A stretch of 62,576 nt of DNA, filler included, from Pirum gemmata (GCA_002812295.1; 20 parts of 20 records of this genome joined end to end with filler, not necessarily neighbours in it), one strand, 5' to 3'; shown: positions 12,509-25,054, numbered from the whole stretch's first letter. A program made the numbers and translations. The notes: generated by a model from the letters alone, not told the origin.

Positions 12509-12789
12509 ATGAAAAAAATTGGCGAACACGAAAATCATACTAAATTTAAATACGATTACTACAATAATAACAAAATAGAAAACAATAATAACGAAAAAAA
12601 CATTTATAATGATTACAATAAAAATGCTTCTAGCTACAATACTGACAATAGCAGCAACGTAATACAAAACATGAAAAAGTTTACCTTAAAAAAACATACT
12701 CGTGAACCCGCACTATGGCGGCCGTGGAGTTCAGATAATAGCTCCTCGATCATTATCAATACCAATGATAACATTAATGATAATAATAA
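12509..12789 (+). CDS. 5' part of an Asn-rich protein containing an LWRPW motif (truncated by the contig end)
   Basis: ATG in an A-rich context and an open frame to the linker; REPALWRPWS is a GC-richer island at about 12701-12730. Confidence 0.5.
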
Positions 12790-13372
12790 NNNNNNNNNNN
12801 NNNNNNNNNNNNNNNNNNNNNNNNNNNNNNNNNTTAATTAATTAANNNNNNNNNNNNNNNNNNNNNNNNNNNNNNNNNNNNNNNNNNNNATAATAAATAA
12901 TAAATAATAAATAATAAAATAATAAGTAATAATAATATAATAATAACAATAATATTTTAAAAACAGTAAATTAATGATGCAATAATAATAATATAAAATT
13001 AATTTTATTACTTGTTAGTTATATGTTAAAAAGAAACCAAACGAGAAACCACACGCTACTGTGCCCTTCAGTGCTTTTTAATATATACATATACAAACCT
13101 CCTGTCTGTTTATAAATCTGTTAAGAGATATTAGCATGTTGTTTCTCGAGAGGTTCAACATAAACAAGCCTTGTGATTATTTTCACAATACATAGTGTCA
13201 AACTGTATTAATTTTGTTTTGATCAACAACCACAATAATAATAATAAAAAACAAGTAATGTTAACACCTTCCAAGTTTATCCTTTTCGGTTTTGTTTTTT
13301 AGTTGACTGGAATTAGTTTTCCATACACATAACTACGTGTGTATGAATTATTTTAATAATTATTGTATTTAT

Positions 13373-14228
13373 TTATTGTAAGCTGGCAAGTTCTCTTTTA
13401 AATCTAAAGTACATAGTAATTCCTCTTATGAAAGTAAACCAACCGAATAAAATCAGTGCCCATATTACCCAAACCATAACCTGTTCATTAGCTCCATCAT
13501 TAACATGCTCTTGTGCATTTTTGATTTGTCTATTTCTGATATCAAAAGAGAGGCGTATTAAACCCAAACCAAACCCTGAAGTGGCACCACAACGTCCAGC
13601 CAAAGTACGACTGAAGAAATAAGAAAATAGGAAACCAATCCAATTTAAAAAGAAGGCAACGAAAAATGTAACGCAAAATGTCACATCATCACCAAGAGGG
13701 ATACCGAATCCAGGAACTACTGCCTCACTTACATACATGTAATCACCACTATTACTATGTGTCGCACTTTCTTCTACATTGGTTTCTTCGTATTCATCAT
13801 AGGTTGGAAGTTTGCCTGTTGTGTTGGCAGTATCATAGGCTGGAAGCTCATCTGAGAATAGAAATAAAAATTTTAAAACAGTAAGTACAAAATTTGGATG
13901 AAACTAATATCATAAGTATAAAAAGTAAATAAGTATAAATAGTAAAGACTTTATACTAAAAACCCCAAAAAACCCCACCCAGTAAATTAAAAAAAATAAA
14001 TAAACATTAGTAAAAAAATAAAATAAAAAAATAAAAAAACAAAAACTTACTTGATTCAGAAGCTTCGCTGGATATAACTACAGTTATATTATCATTTGTA
14101 CTTTCCGGTACAACCAAAGGGGTTGATTCATTATCATTATCATTATCATTTTCAAGTTCTAATTCTGTATCATGAAACTCAACTTCAACGTCAGAATCTT
14201 CGGTTGGAAGAGATTGGTAGCTAGGCAT
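13373..14228 (-). CDS. NDFIP: NEDD4 family-interacting protein (NDFIP/Bsd2 family); 2 exons, 14228-14051 and 13851-13373, about 218 aa
   Basis: A phase-1 GTAAGT...CAG intron (14050-13852) joins the two ORFs. LPAY and LPTY PY-type motifs precede GDD..F..TFFVAF.LNWIGF......T.AGRCGATSGFGLGLI and a third TM ending FIRG...Y, as in NDFIP1/2. Confidence 0.9.
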
Positions 14229-14512
14229 TTGATATTTTGCTAAAAATGACTGGGCAACTATTATTTGTTATCGTTGTTGTTGTTATTACTTTTGTTTTTG
14301 TTTTTGTTTTTGTTTTTGTTTTTGTTTACAAGCAAAAGGGAAAAGTATACTAAAACGAAAACTAGATAAATTATTTTTAAAAAAAATGAAAAAATAAAAA
14401 ATAAAATATAAGTATTAATAAGTACGTAATTGCATAAAAATTAATAAAAATTAAAAAAAATAAAAAATTCACAAAATGTAAAAGTTAGGCAATGAAATAT
14501 CATGTTTATATA

Positions 14513-14572
<60 letters not shown>

Positions 14573-15801
14573 AAAGAAAAAGAAAAAAAGAAAAAAATTT
14601 AATGCGATTCATAATTTCATATTATTATGAAAAAAGGCTGTGAAAAAAAGAAAGAAAATGAGAGAGCATTATTACATCATTTTCAGGTTTAAAAATTAAA
14701 ACTGGTTCACTGTTGCCAGCTCTGTAACACTTCTGTAATCCCTCTGTTGCCGAACTTGCCTTCCTAGACTTGCTTGCCTTCGAAAATAAAAAGTTAATCA
14801 TAAATATTTATTACTAAAAGTAATGTGCTCTTTTCTAAATATGGTTTAAATATTATTATTTTTGTTCATAAAAGCTCAAAAGATACTAAAAAAAGTAATT
14901 ATGGGTTATCTCTGGAAAACCCCCCTCTCTCCTATTTTTTTCTTTTTCTTTTTTTTAAATAAAGTAAGCGAATCGAATTGGCTGTAGATAAATTTCGATT
15001 TGATTCGTTGGTTAAAATTTTTCAACCAAAAAAAGATTGCACCTGCAGCTGAGGGCAGGTAAGGAAGGTCAAGTAGCGCGATAGGTATTAGGTAATAGGT
15101 ACCCGGTATTATTACAAGTAAGGTGGGATAACACCTCTAACTAAAAAAAATAAATAAAAATTATTTTTAAAAAAAATAAATAGGGGTGAGATGACGTCAT
15201 TTTATTATTACCGAGCAGCTGGAACTTTTCCGATTTTTATGGTTTTTATTACTATTAATGTTAATATTATAACTTTAATTGTTATCTACTATAATTAGAT
15301 TTACTATTTTAAGCTATTTAACTGCTATTATTAGTAAAGAACACGGAACCAAGGTTGGCTCGATAAGCATATGTTCGAAAAAAGTTCCAGTAGCACTATA
15401 CCGGTAGATGCATATCCCTGCTTTTTTTTTTTTTTTTTTAAAAAAAAAATTTTCAGCTGCGGGCCCTACTAAGCTAGACTATAGTCCACGTAGTAGACTA
15501 ACCCTAACCCTAACCCTAACCCTAACCCTAACCCTATTAAACCCTAACCCTGTAGCCTATGGCCCGATATGTAGACTATGGCCCGAGATGTAGGAGAAGG
15601 ATAGCTACAGGCAGTTATTATCATAGGATAGCTGCTAGCTAGCTCTAGTAGTTGACTAAGGGAGCGTTCAAATAATACGTCACGTCAAGGGGTAGGTAGG
15701 TNNNNNNNNNNNNNNNNNNNNNNNNNNNNNNNNNNNNNNNNNNNNTTAATTAATTAANNNNNNNNNNNNNNNNNNNNNNNNNNNNNNNNNNNNNNNNNNN
15801 N

Positions 15802-15832
<31 letters not shown>

Positions 15833-16481
15833 TTTATACTGTTACTAAACACACCGTATTTGGTCACCGTATTTGGTAAATGTTACTTTCAAAGACTACA
15901 TATTTGGCAAACATCTCTTTTTTAGGTAGAACGCACCAATTAAGTGTGGATGCTAAAAGCAGTCTAAAAGCTATGCTAACTAAAGTCTAACTAAAGCTAT
16001 GCTAACTAAAGTCTCTAATAAAGACTTAGTTATGAAATTGTAATGTCATTGTGTTATTATTATTATTTTTTTTTAATCAACACTCAAGGCGGATAAAATT
16101 TCAAAAACAAACACTCCAAAAACCTTTCATAATTATTTCAGAAATCGTCTTTATTAAAATATAATTTGAGAAAACTAACCCTAACCCTAACCCTAACCCT
16201 AATTAATAACTAAGCTCTAGTAGTGAGAAAACATACACATATAAGACGTAGAGGACGTAGGGGCTAAGACGCTGGTTAGCTAGCTAGTTAGCATTTTCTA
16301 GCAAAAAATCAGTGTTGTTTTTCAAAGAAGAGCTGGAGCATGTAATATTTGAGTATAATAAAATTATGAACCCAAGAATTGGGCCCATTGACTCATTGTG
16401 TTTAGTTTAAATTATTTTTGTTTCATATATTAATATAATTGGATTGATTATTTTGATTACACCCAAAATTTGGTAATTTTA

Positions 16482-16668
16482 TTGTGCTTTTCATTTACTT
16501 TCTCACCCCGAATAATTATTTGGTTGTTTATAATATTTAAATTGATACTTTTAAATAAATAAATATATAATAAAATATACCAAATTAAATGAAATGGATT
16601 TATATTGTATTATTTTGGTACTATTTATTGTATAATATTTATGACGACAAAATAACTGAAAAGCACGA
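16482..16668. mobile_element. About 190-bp MITE, TA|T(C/T)GTGCTTTTCA...TGAAAAGCACGA|TA; further copies near 4937-5088, 9127-9230, 21295-21482, 49750-49931, 50125-50263, 52753-52838, 53340-53503, 56387-56520
   Basis: About 12-bp TIRs with flanking TA; conserved internal ATATACCAAATTAAAT.AAATGGATTTATATTGTATT; about 9 copies in unrelated contigs. Confidence 0.85.
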
Positions 16669-16982
16669 TAAATGGTAACTGTTGTGTTTGTTCTTGTCGC
16701 TGTTGAATTTCTTAAAATAATTTAATACTACTAGTCGATAATATTATTCTTGATTCTTTTTTTTTCTAGCTTTTTTTTTTTATTTTAAAATTAATAATAT
16801 ATATATTTTTTTTACAACCCCATCCACTGCCGGTAAAAGATACATATATAAAGGTTATAAATAATAATGCAATTCATCCTTTTTATTTATTCTAACAAAA
16901 ATATTTATATTGTAAATAAAATTAACTCAAGAAAAAAAAAACAAACTTTTTAATTAATAATTAAAAATTAATTGTAATAATT

Positions 16983-18383
16983 ATGTTGATATTTACTGTT
17001 TCAAAATACTTAACGTTTTTTTCAAAATTTGAATTAATCATTATTTATTTATTAATACTGCAATGCAATAGTAAAGATATTCACAGAGATGGGGTAAGAA
17101 TCATTGAAAATACCGATCCTAATGCTAATTTTTTCCCAGGTAGTTCATTGTTGAAATATAATATTATGTAAATTGGTTTCTTATTAATCGGTTTATTGCA
17201 AAAATAATTTCTAATATTTATGTTCTTTGTAGACGGTTAGGTTAAAATGTATTATAATAATTATTATTAATAATATTCAAATATTGAATGACTGTTATTA
17301 ATTTTCATAAAATTAATTTGGAATTCGACTTTATAGTTATCTTAATTAAAACTTAAGTGTTATTTTTGTTTTAAAAAATAATGAATAATTTACATTTTTT
17401 AATAATTGTTAAATTATTATTCTTTCAGTGTTATTTTTATTGTTGTTATTGATGAAGTATAGTATAATGTAACCCTGACTCTAACCCTAAACTTAATCCT
17501 AACATCAACCTCAGCCTTAACCTTAACCCTAACCTTAACCTTAACCTTACCCTAACCTTTACTCTTAACCTTACCCTAACCCTTACTCTTACCCTAACCA
17601 TTACTCTTAACCTTACCCTAATCCTTACTCTTAACCTTACCCTAACCCTTACTCTTATCCTAACCCTAATCTTAACCCTAACCCTAACCCTAACCCTAAC
17701 CCTAACCCTAACCCTAACCCTAACCCTAACCCTAATCCTAATCCTAATCCTAATCCTAATATTTAATTTAATATAAAAGGTGATAATGATCCGATTCTGA
17801 GTGATTTTACGGTCGAATCTCCAGATACACCTTTTGTTCGACTATATCAAACTGAACAATTTTCCTATAACAAAGTTNCCCTAACCCTAACCCTAACCCT
17901 AACCCTAACCCTAACCCTAACCCTAATCCTAATCCTAATCCTAATCCTAATATTTAATTTAATATAAAAGGTGATAATGATCCGATTCTGAGTGATTTTA
18001 CGGTCGAATCTCCAGATACACCTTTTGTTCGACTATATCAAACTGAACAATTTTCCTATAACAAAGTTGCCTGGGACTTAGCTGCCAATGAAGCTAATCT
18101 TTTTTTTAGACACCAAAGTAAGCCAGACGATGGACCCTGGGTAAGCTCGTTTAGGATATCAGGTCAGGCACTAGCAAACTCATTTGCGATAACGCGAGAG
18201 AAAGTGCTAATTGGTAGTTATAATCAGTTGGGCAGAGATGATCAAGTTATTGATTTGGAGGTAAATGGCAATGTTTGTGCTCGAGTTGCAAAAAGTGGTA
18301 GTGGTCGTACTAAAGTTTGTATAGGTGATCTTTTGGAAAGAATTCAAACTTTAGAAAACATAATACAAGATTTACGAAATTAA
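16983..18383 (+). CDS. Spliced, probably secreted protein of about 189 aa resembling a bacterial tail-fibre-like beta domain with a C-terminal coiled coil; exons 16983-17139 and 17971-18383
   Basis: The phase-1 donor CCAG|GTAGTT and acceptor AAAG|GT join in frame. Exon 2 (missed by the ORF track) is stop-free for 137 codons: GDNDPILSDFTVESPDTPFVRLYQTEQFSYNKVAWDLAANEANLFFR...SFRISGQA...DLLERIQTLENIIQDLRN. Exon 1 has a hydrophobic LIIIYLLILQCNS segment. Confidence 0.7.
17470..17950 (-). repeat. Intronic (CCCTAA)n/(CCTAAT)n and 24-bp variant arrays, including a 191-bp tandem duplication of the acceptor and exon start
   Basis: 17780-17878 is repeated exactly at 17971-18068. Confidence 0.85.
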
Positions 18384-18838
18384 TTAAAAAAATAAAAATA
18401 AAACGAATAAAACGAAAAAAACCATAGTGTAGCTCATAGTGCTATATATTTTACTATATTTATTAATTCATAGTGGAATATTAATTAATATTAATGTAAA
18501 AACGAAAACTGTTTTTACTAAACCTCAAAAAGTGTCCAATCCCATTCATAAACGCTACCAATTTTTAATTTGAAAAATTATTTACATAATATTGTTATTA
18601 GTAAACTATTATCATTATTATCATTATTATTTATTTATTATTATCATTATTATTATTATTATTATATATATTANNNNNNNNNNNNNNNNNNNNNNNNNNN
18701 NNNNNNNNNNNNNNNNNTTAATTAATTAANNNNNNNNNNNNNNNNNNNNNNNNNNNNNNNNNNNNNNNNNNNNCAGGTAATAATTAAATAGCACACAACA
18801 TTAATTTTATTCATTTATTTGAATTTCGTTATATTCAG

Positions 18839-19671
18839 GTCTCACCGTAAAGAACGCTTTTCAGGAAAAAGTCAAAGAGTTAAAAATAGACACAAACACA
18901 TTAAACGAAAAACAAAAAATAGATTTGCAAAAAGAATTCAATAAACTTGATGTTGCTAAGGATTATAAGGAGTTTATGCAAGGTACATCTAACACCATTT
19001 CTCAAATTACTGATGCACTTTTGGAAGCATACTACAGTAACGAAATGTTGACCAGCCAATTCAGCGAAATAAGTACACAAATTGGCTTAAAATGGAATTC
19101 CCCCAAATCCCCCCCTAAGGATCCCCAACGCTTGGCTAATGATGTAATCAATTTAATTAAAAATGATTATAATTTTTTTGGTGACGGATTGCATTTCAAA
19201 GCATTGGCTTACAGGAAACGAGGTGGTTTTGAGAATCACTGTATGAGTGTTTATGAAAATATAATTCCTGTGGCTCCAACTCGATCAGCAGAAAGCACTT
19301 ATAAACACAGCTATAAGACTTGGAAGACACAAAGCTATGGCTCAATGAGATTATGGAACAAGTCTGGTAAAAATGATGACCGTTATGTTTTTATTTTGAT
19401 GTATTCGCGTAATAAACAAAATCTCAACTTTAACGGAATTTCTTGGTGGACACCAAAAGACGAATGTCGAAAGCATGCAAGTAAATTTAATTTGTTCGCC
19501 CAAATTAAGGGTACGCACGATATTGGTATTGCTGGGGATGCAGAAATTAAATCAGTACATAACAAAGCTTTTGATAGAAAGGATTGTAGGACTTATTGTA
19601 GCGGTCTTTTTTATTGTAACGAAGTTTGTCATACTGTTAAAGAGTATTCTACAATGTTGGCGGTTAACTAA
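18839..19671 (+). CDS. Terminal exon of an unknown protein (helical N-part, Cys-rich C-terminus)
   Basis: A 62-nt intron GTAATA...TTCAG (18777-18838) precedes a frame open to TAA at 19671, with ordinary coding composition. Confidence 0.7.
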
Positions 19672-21935
19672 AACCTCTAAATATTTTTAGATTGGAATAC
19701 ATTGGTATACTTCATTATATAGCTGGGGATGCAGAAATTAATTAAATCAGTACACAATAAATTTTTGATAGAGGGGATTGTAGGAATTATTGTACTGGTA
19801 TAGCTGGGAATGTAGAAACTAAATCAGTACACAACAAACTTTTGATAGTTCTACGATGTTGCCGGATAACTAAAATCTAAACCTTAATTGATATTTTGAG
19901 TTTTTTGCCATGTATTTTACAATGCTACTAGGAATTTTTGAAGTGGCATTTAAATTAATAACTAAACATTTAGAGGCAAACTTTGAAATTTTACTGTATC
20001 ATAAATTTCCAAACGAAAAACACTCTTCCTTTGTAAAGATATTGTTCTTCCTTTGTAAAGATATTGTTCTTAATGTTTTATTGTTTAAAAAAAAAATAAT
20101 AATTATTATTATATATATTATAAGGATTTTGTGCATATTGTTTTTTTTTGTTTTTGTTTATAAAATAAAGGACATTAATATTGTTTTATATTTTTAATTA
20201 AAATACAGAGTAAGGGTTAGGGTTAGGGTTAGGGATGGAAATCAAGCACATGTGGTAAACAAAGGTGGTGGGCGAAGGTGGTGGGCGATGGCGGTGGATA
20301 TATTATGATGATAAACATAATATTAAAGAAAAAGAGAGTTAGAGATATTAATATTGATAATGATATCGGTCATGACTATGATAATGGGTTAGAATTAGGA
20401 GGTTAGGGTTAGGGTTAGGGTGATAAGGATAAGGATAAAGATAATATTAATGATCATGATCAAGATAATGATAATGATAATAATAATGATAATGATAATT
20501 ATATGTATATAATGAAAATGATTAGCAATGAGACTAGAATGATAATAATAATATATATTAATCTTAACGAAAATAATATTGATAATATTTGTAATATAAA
20601 TTAAAATGAAAATAATAGTTATAATTAATGACAATGATAATGTTAATGGGCTGTTTAATTAATGTCTAAATATAGTAGTCTAAATTGTTTACATTTCTTT
20701 TTACCAGTAATATTTCCAAGCTAACATGTTGAATTTTCAAAATTGGAAGTTTGATAAAAATAATTTCAAAAAATTAATGGACTCTTCCAATCAACTATCG
20801 ATAACTATATAAATAAGGAGAAAAAGAAAAGTAATTATACATGAAGAATTGAAATTCAAAATTGGATAAAGCTTTATTATAAATCCTCTAAAAAATTTCA
20901 ATAAAACAGTAATGGCAGAAAAAGACTAACTGGATATTTGAATGAAAATAGTAAAGATTATAGGGAAATCAACAAAGAAGACATAGCTATTATTATTAGC
21001 TAGTATTATATCGCTAACCTAGCTAGCTATGATAGTATTATATTACCTCTAACATAGCTAGCTAGTATTATATCTCTAAGTTAGCTAGCTAGTATTATAT
21101 CTCTAAGCTATAATTGAACTTTTTATAATTTGGTACGTTTATTTCGGTTTTGGAACTGGATACATGTATCTATAGTCTACTGGTAGACCTATCACAGGCT
21201 GCTATATGTATGATACCAAAGGAATTGGTGCCAACGTTTTGTTTTTTAACTGGAATGATCAGTTTTCTAACACCCGTAAGTAGGCTATACCAGTTCAGTT
21301 GTTTTGTCATCATAAAATAAACAATAAATAGTTCCAAATCAATACAGTATAAATCCATTTAATTTAATTTGGTATATTTAATTATCTATTTATTGATTTA
21401 AAAATGTCAATTTAAAGATTATAACAACTATTATAACCCTCCAAATAAATATTTAGAGTGTCAAAATCAATGAAAAGCACGATAATGTGATCCTTGAAAT
21501 TTTCGAACATCATAAATTTTTTTTTTTAATTATGTAAATCATAGTATAAAAAAAGTAGGATGTTTTTTTTTTTTTTTTTTTTTTTTTTNNNNNNNNNNNN
21601 NNNNNNNNNNNNNNNNNNNNNNNNNNNNNNNNTTAATTAATTAANNNNNNNNNNNNNNNNNNNNNNNNNNNNNNNNNNNNNNNNNNNNTATTATTATTAT
21701 TATTATCATAAGCATTATTATCATTATTATTTAATAAAATATTTATCACACTTATTTCTGTAATATAATGATAGTTCAATATATAAGAATAATTGTATAA
21801 TATAATTATACTATTACATATCATTATCATTATCATTATCATTATCATTATCATTAATATCATTATTATCATTATTATCATTATCATTATCATTTAATAT
21901 ATTATTCATCACATTTATTTCTATAATACAATTAG

Positions 21936-23650
21936 GTAAAGATGAAAATGTTCTTAAATGTTCTGTATGTGAAGATAATCATAAAAATGTTGATGGTACT
22001 TGTACCCCCTGCCCAGCAGGTTGGTTTGCTAACGGTGGGGATAGTTGTATATATGGTCCTTGTTCATTTGATCCTTGTTTAAACGGTGGTATGTGTGATG
22101 ATTCAGGCACTGCTTCTACACATACTTGTAATTGTGTTAGTGGTTGGCTTGGTTCTGAATGTCAAACTGATATAGATGAATGTACTACTGGAACACATAA
22201 TTGTGTAAATGGTGAAATGTGTGTTAATGAATTAGGTAGTTGGGCCTGTCAACCATGCTTAGAAAACGAATATATTGGGGTTGGTAATGTGTGTACTATT
22301 TGTAATCAAGTACAATCACTGTGTGAAAATGGGTTTAATTCAAGTCGTTGCGTAGATGTATCTACTAATCTACAACGTTGTACTAAATGTCGAACTGATT
22401 ATTATGCTAATTCTGTTGGTGTATGTGTTAAGTGTGAAGCTGGTTCTTATTGTGAAAACGGTAATAAAAAGGTTTGCCCTGAAGTTTTCCAATGTCCGAA
22501 TGGAGTTCTTGAACAGTGCAGTAAGGCTGAGTATTGTGCTGGTGGGAATTCTATTGCACAAGCTTGTACTAAACAAATTAATTGTGATGTATCTGGTAGT
22601 AATTGTTTACTTAATGTTACAAGTCATATCGAAGGTTTGTTTTGTGAGGTTTGTTTACCAGGTTATTTTGTTGATGGTGATGGAGTTTGTGTTAAATTAA
22701 TTAATGAATGTGTGGAACAAATGGGTAGCTTGTGCAATAATAATGACACTTTTTGTGTAGATACTCAGAATAGTTATTATTGTGCAAAATGTAGTGAGGG
22801 TTATAACATATCTATGAACGGTACTTTAACGCGTAAACCTAATAAACAAGGGTTCAATTTTACAGGTGAATGTCAAGTATTAGATTTAGCTAATTCAAAT
22901 ATTACTGTGTTGCCGAATAATAAATTGTTTAGTGGTTATTCCGAACTAAAATTCTTAGATTTGACCCAAAATCAGATTAAATCTACCCCGTCTGGAGTGT
23001 TTAATGGGATATTTGAAGATCAAAGTGATTCTGAATTGTTACTAGATACTGAAACTAAATGCTCCATGTATGGTTTTATTTTGGATCAAAACAATGTGTT
23101 GATTAAAAAAAAAGGGGTAGAATATGATTATTTATATAATTGTAGTAATTTATATTTTAATGATAATAATATATTTAGTTTAGAAAAAGGGTTGTTTGTA
23201 CTTTTTGAAAAATTGTTCGAGGTTAGTTTTTCGAATAATCAAATATTATCGTTAGAGAATTGGGAGAATTATTTTTATAATAAGGGCGAGAAAATCACAG
23301 TTTTGGATTTTTCACACAATAGTATCGCTAATATTAGTATTTTCCAAAGTTATTTTTTAAATTTAGTTAAGTTAGAATTACAATTTAATAATATAATGGA
23401 GTTAGGGGTCAACACTTTTCACAATTTAGCCAAATTGCATTATTTAGATATCAGTAATAATGTTATTAACAATTTAATTAAAAATACATTTTTGTTATTT
23501 GATTCAAACAAGAATATGACTTTATTATTAGATAATAACAATGTTAAATGTTGTGGTAATAGTTATTATGAATTATTCGACTTAAAAACTAAACAGTTTT
23601 ACACCAATTGTTATAGTGAAAACAGCAACAACAACAACAACAACAACAAC

Positions 23651-23682
<32 letters not shown>

Positions 23683-24327
23683 TAATAATAATACTATTAA
23701 TACCATTGATTTAATAGAACATTGTGAAAGTCATTTAGCATTGGGAGTACAGGATAACAAAAATAATTATACTATTGGTATTATTTTTGGCAGTGTAGTA
23801 GGAGCTGTTTGTTTTATTGCNTTGGTGTTATTGCTTACGTGATATATAAACGTAAATCACAAAGTAAAGATAGTTTAAATGGATTAAGTGCGAATGAGTT
23901 TGTTATGGGTTTGGACCATCCAGTAGAATATATGGATATGAATACTAATTCACTTGATTTTGAACAAACTGAACCGAACAAAACTAATGATAAGAATGAT
24001 AAAAATAATGATAAGAATGATGAATATATGAACCATTATAATTTACATAATAATTATGATCATGCTAGTTTTGTTCAAGATACTTGTGAAAATGTTAATG
24101 TTGAATACAGTGAATGTGTTGATGATGGTGTTGTTATTGCCAAGTACCCTAAAGTTTTAAATGAAAATGATAATCTGGAATATGCAGACCTACAAATTAA
24201 CAATGCTAATAATGATGTTGGTGATAATTCAATCGAGTATTCAGACCTCCATCTTAATAATAATAATGTTGTTGGTAATGATGATATTGTTATTAATAAT
24301 AAGATGAATGAAGTTGATCATGTATAA
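21936..24327 (+). CDS. Single-pass receptor: Cys-rich/EGF (including Ca-binding EGF) repeats, LRR block, TM, Tyr-motif cytoplasmic tail; 5' exons missing
   Basis: Acceptor TAG at 21933-21935. PCLNGGMC...CNCVSGWLGSEC, DIDEC....HNC...EMCVNELGSWAC, LxxLDLxxNxI LRRs, TM IGIIFGSVVGAVCFI..GVIAYVIY then KRK. The two listed ORFs join at the single N (23821). Confidence 0.85.
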
Positions 24328-24666
24328 TATGAATAACTACAAGGCAATAATACTAATAATGTTGTTGTTAATAATTGAGTCGAGTATTCAGACCACTATG
24401 ATAATAGTAATATTGTTGACAATATTATTAATAATGTTATTGATGTTGTATTGTAGACTTCAATAATAATAAAGATGATGTTGATGATAGGGTTTGATAA
24501 AAAACATTTATGTAGAAGAAAAAAATAAAAAAAAATAAAATAAAAATAATAATAATAATGATAATANNNNNNNNNNNNNNNNNNNNNNNNNNNNNNNNNN
24601 NNNNNNNNNNTTAATTAATTAANNNNNNNNNNNNNNNNNNNNNNNNNNNNNNNNNNNNNNNNNNNN

Positions 24667-24706
<40 letters not shown>

Positions 24707-25054
24707 AACAACAACAATAATAAATAATAATAATAATATAAAGTTGCAAATAAAATTTTTATTATAATTATCTTTTTGTTAATGCTTCTGCATATACACT
24801 AAACCACTCGAAGTTTGTAAGAAAAAAAAATGAAAAGAAAAAAAGATACAAAAGTGAAAAAAAACCAAGAATAACAATAAAAAAGTTATTTTGTTATTAT
24901 TGTTATTATTATTTTTATTGTTATTTTTATTTTTTATTGTTATTTTTATTTTTATTTTTATTGTTTTTTATTTTTTATTGTTATTGTTATTTTTATTGTT
25001 ATTATTGTTATTATTGTTATAATATTTTTATTATATTTATTTTTATTTTTATTA

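Noticed and set aside
23815..23830. Programmed frameshift in the LRR receptor (and at 26526)
   Set aside because: The frame change coincides with a single N placeholder, so it is an assembly gap.
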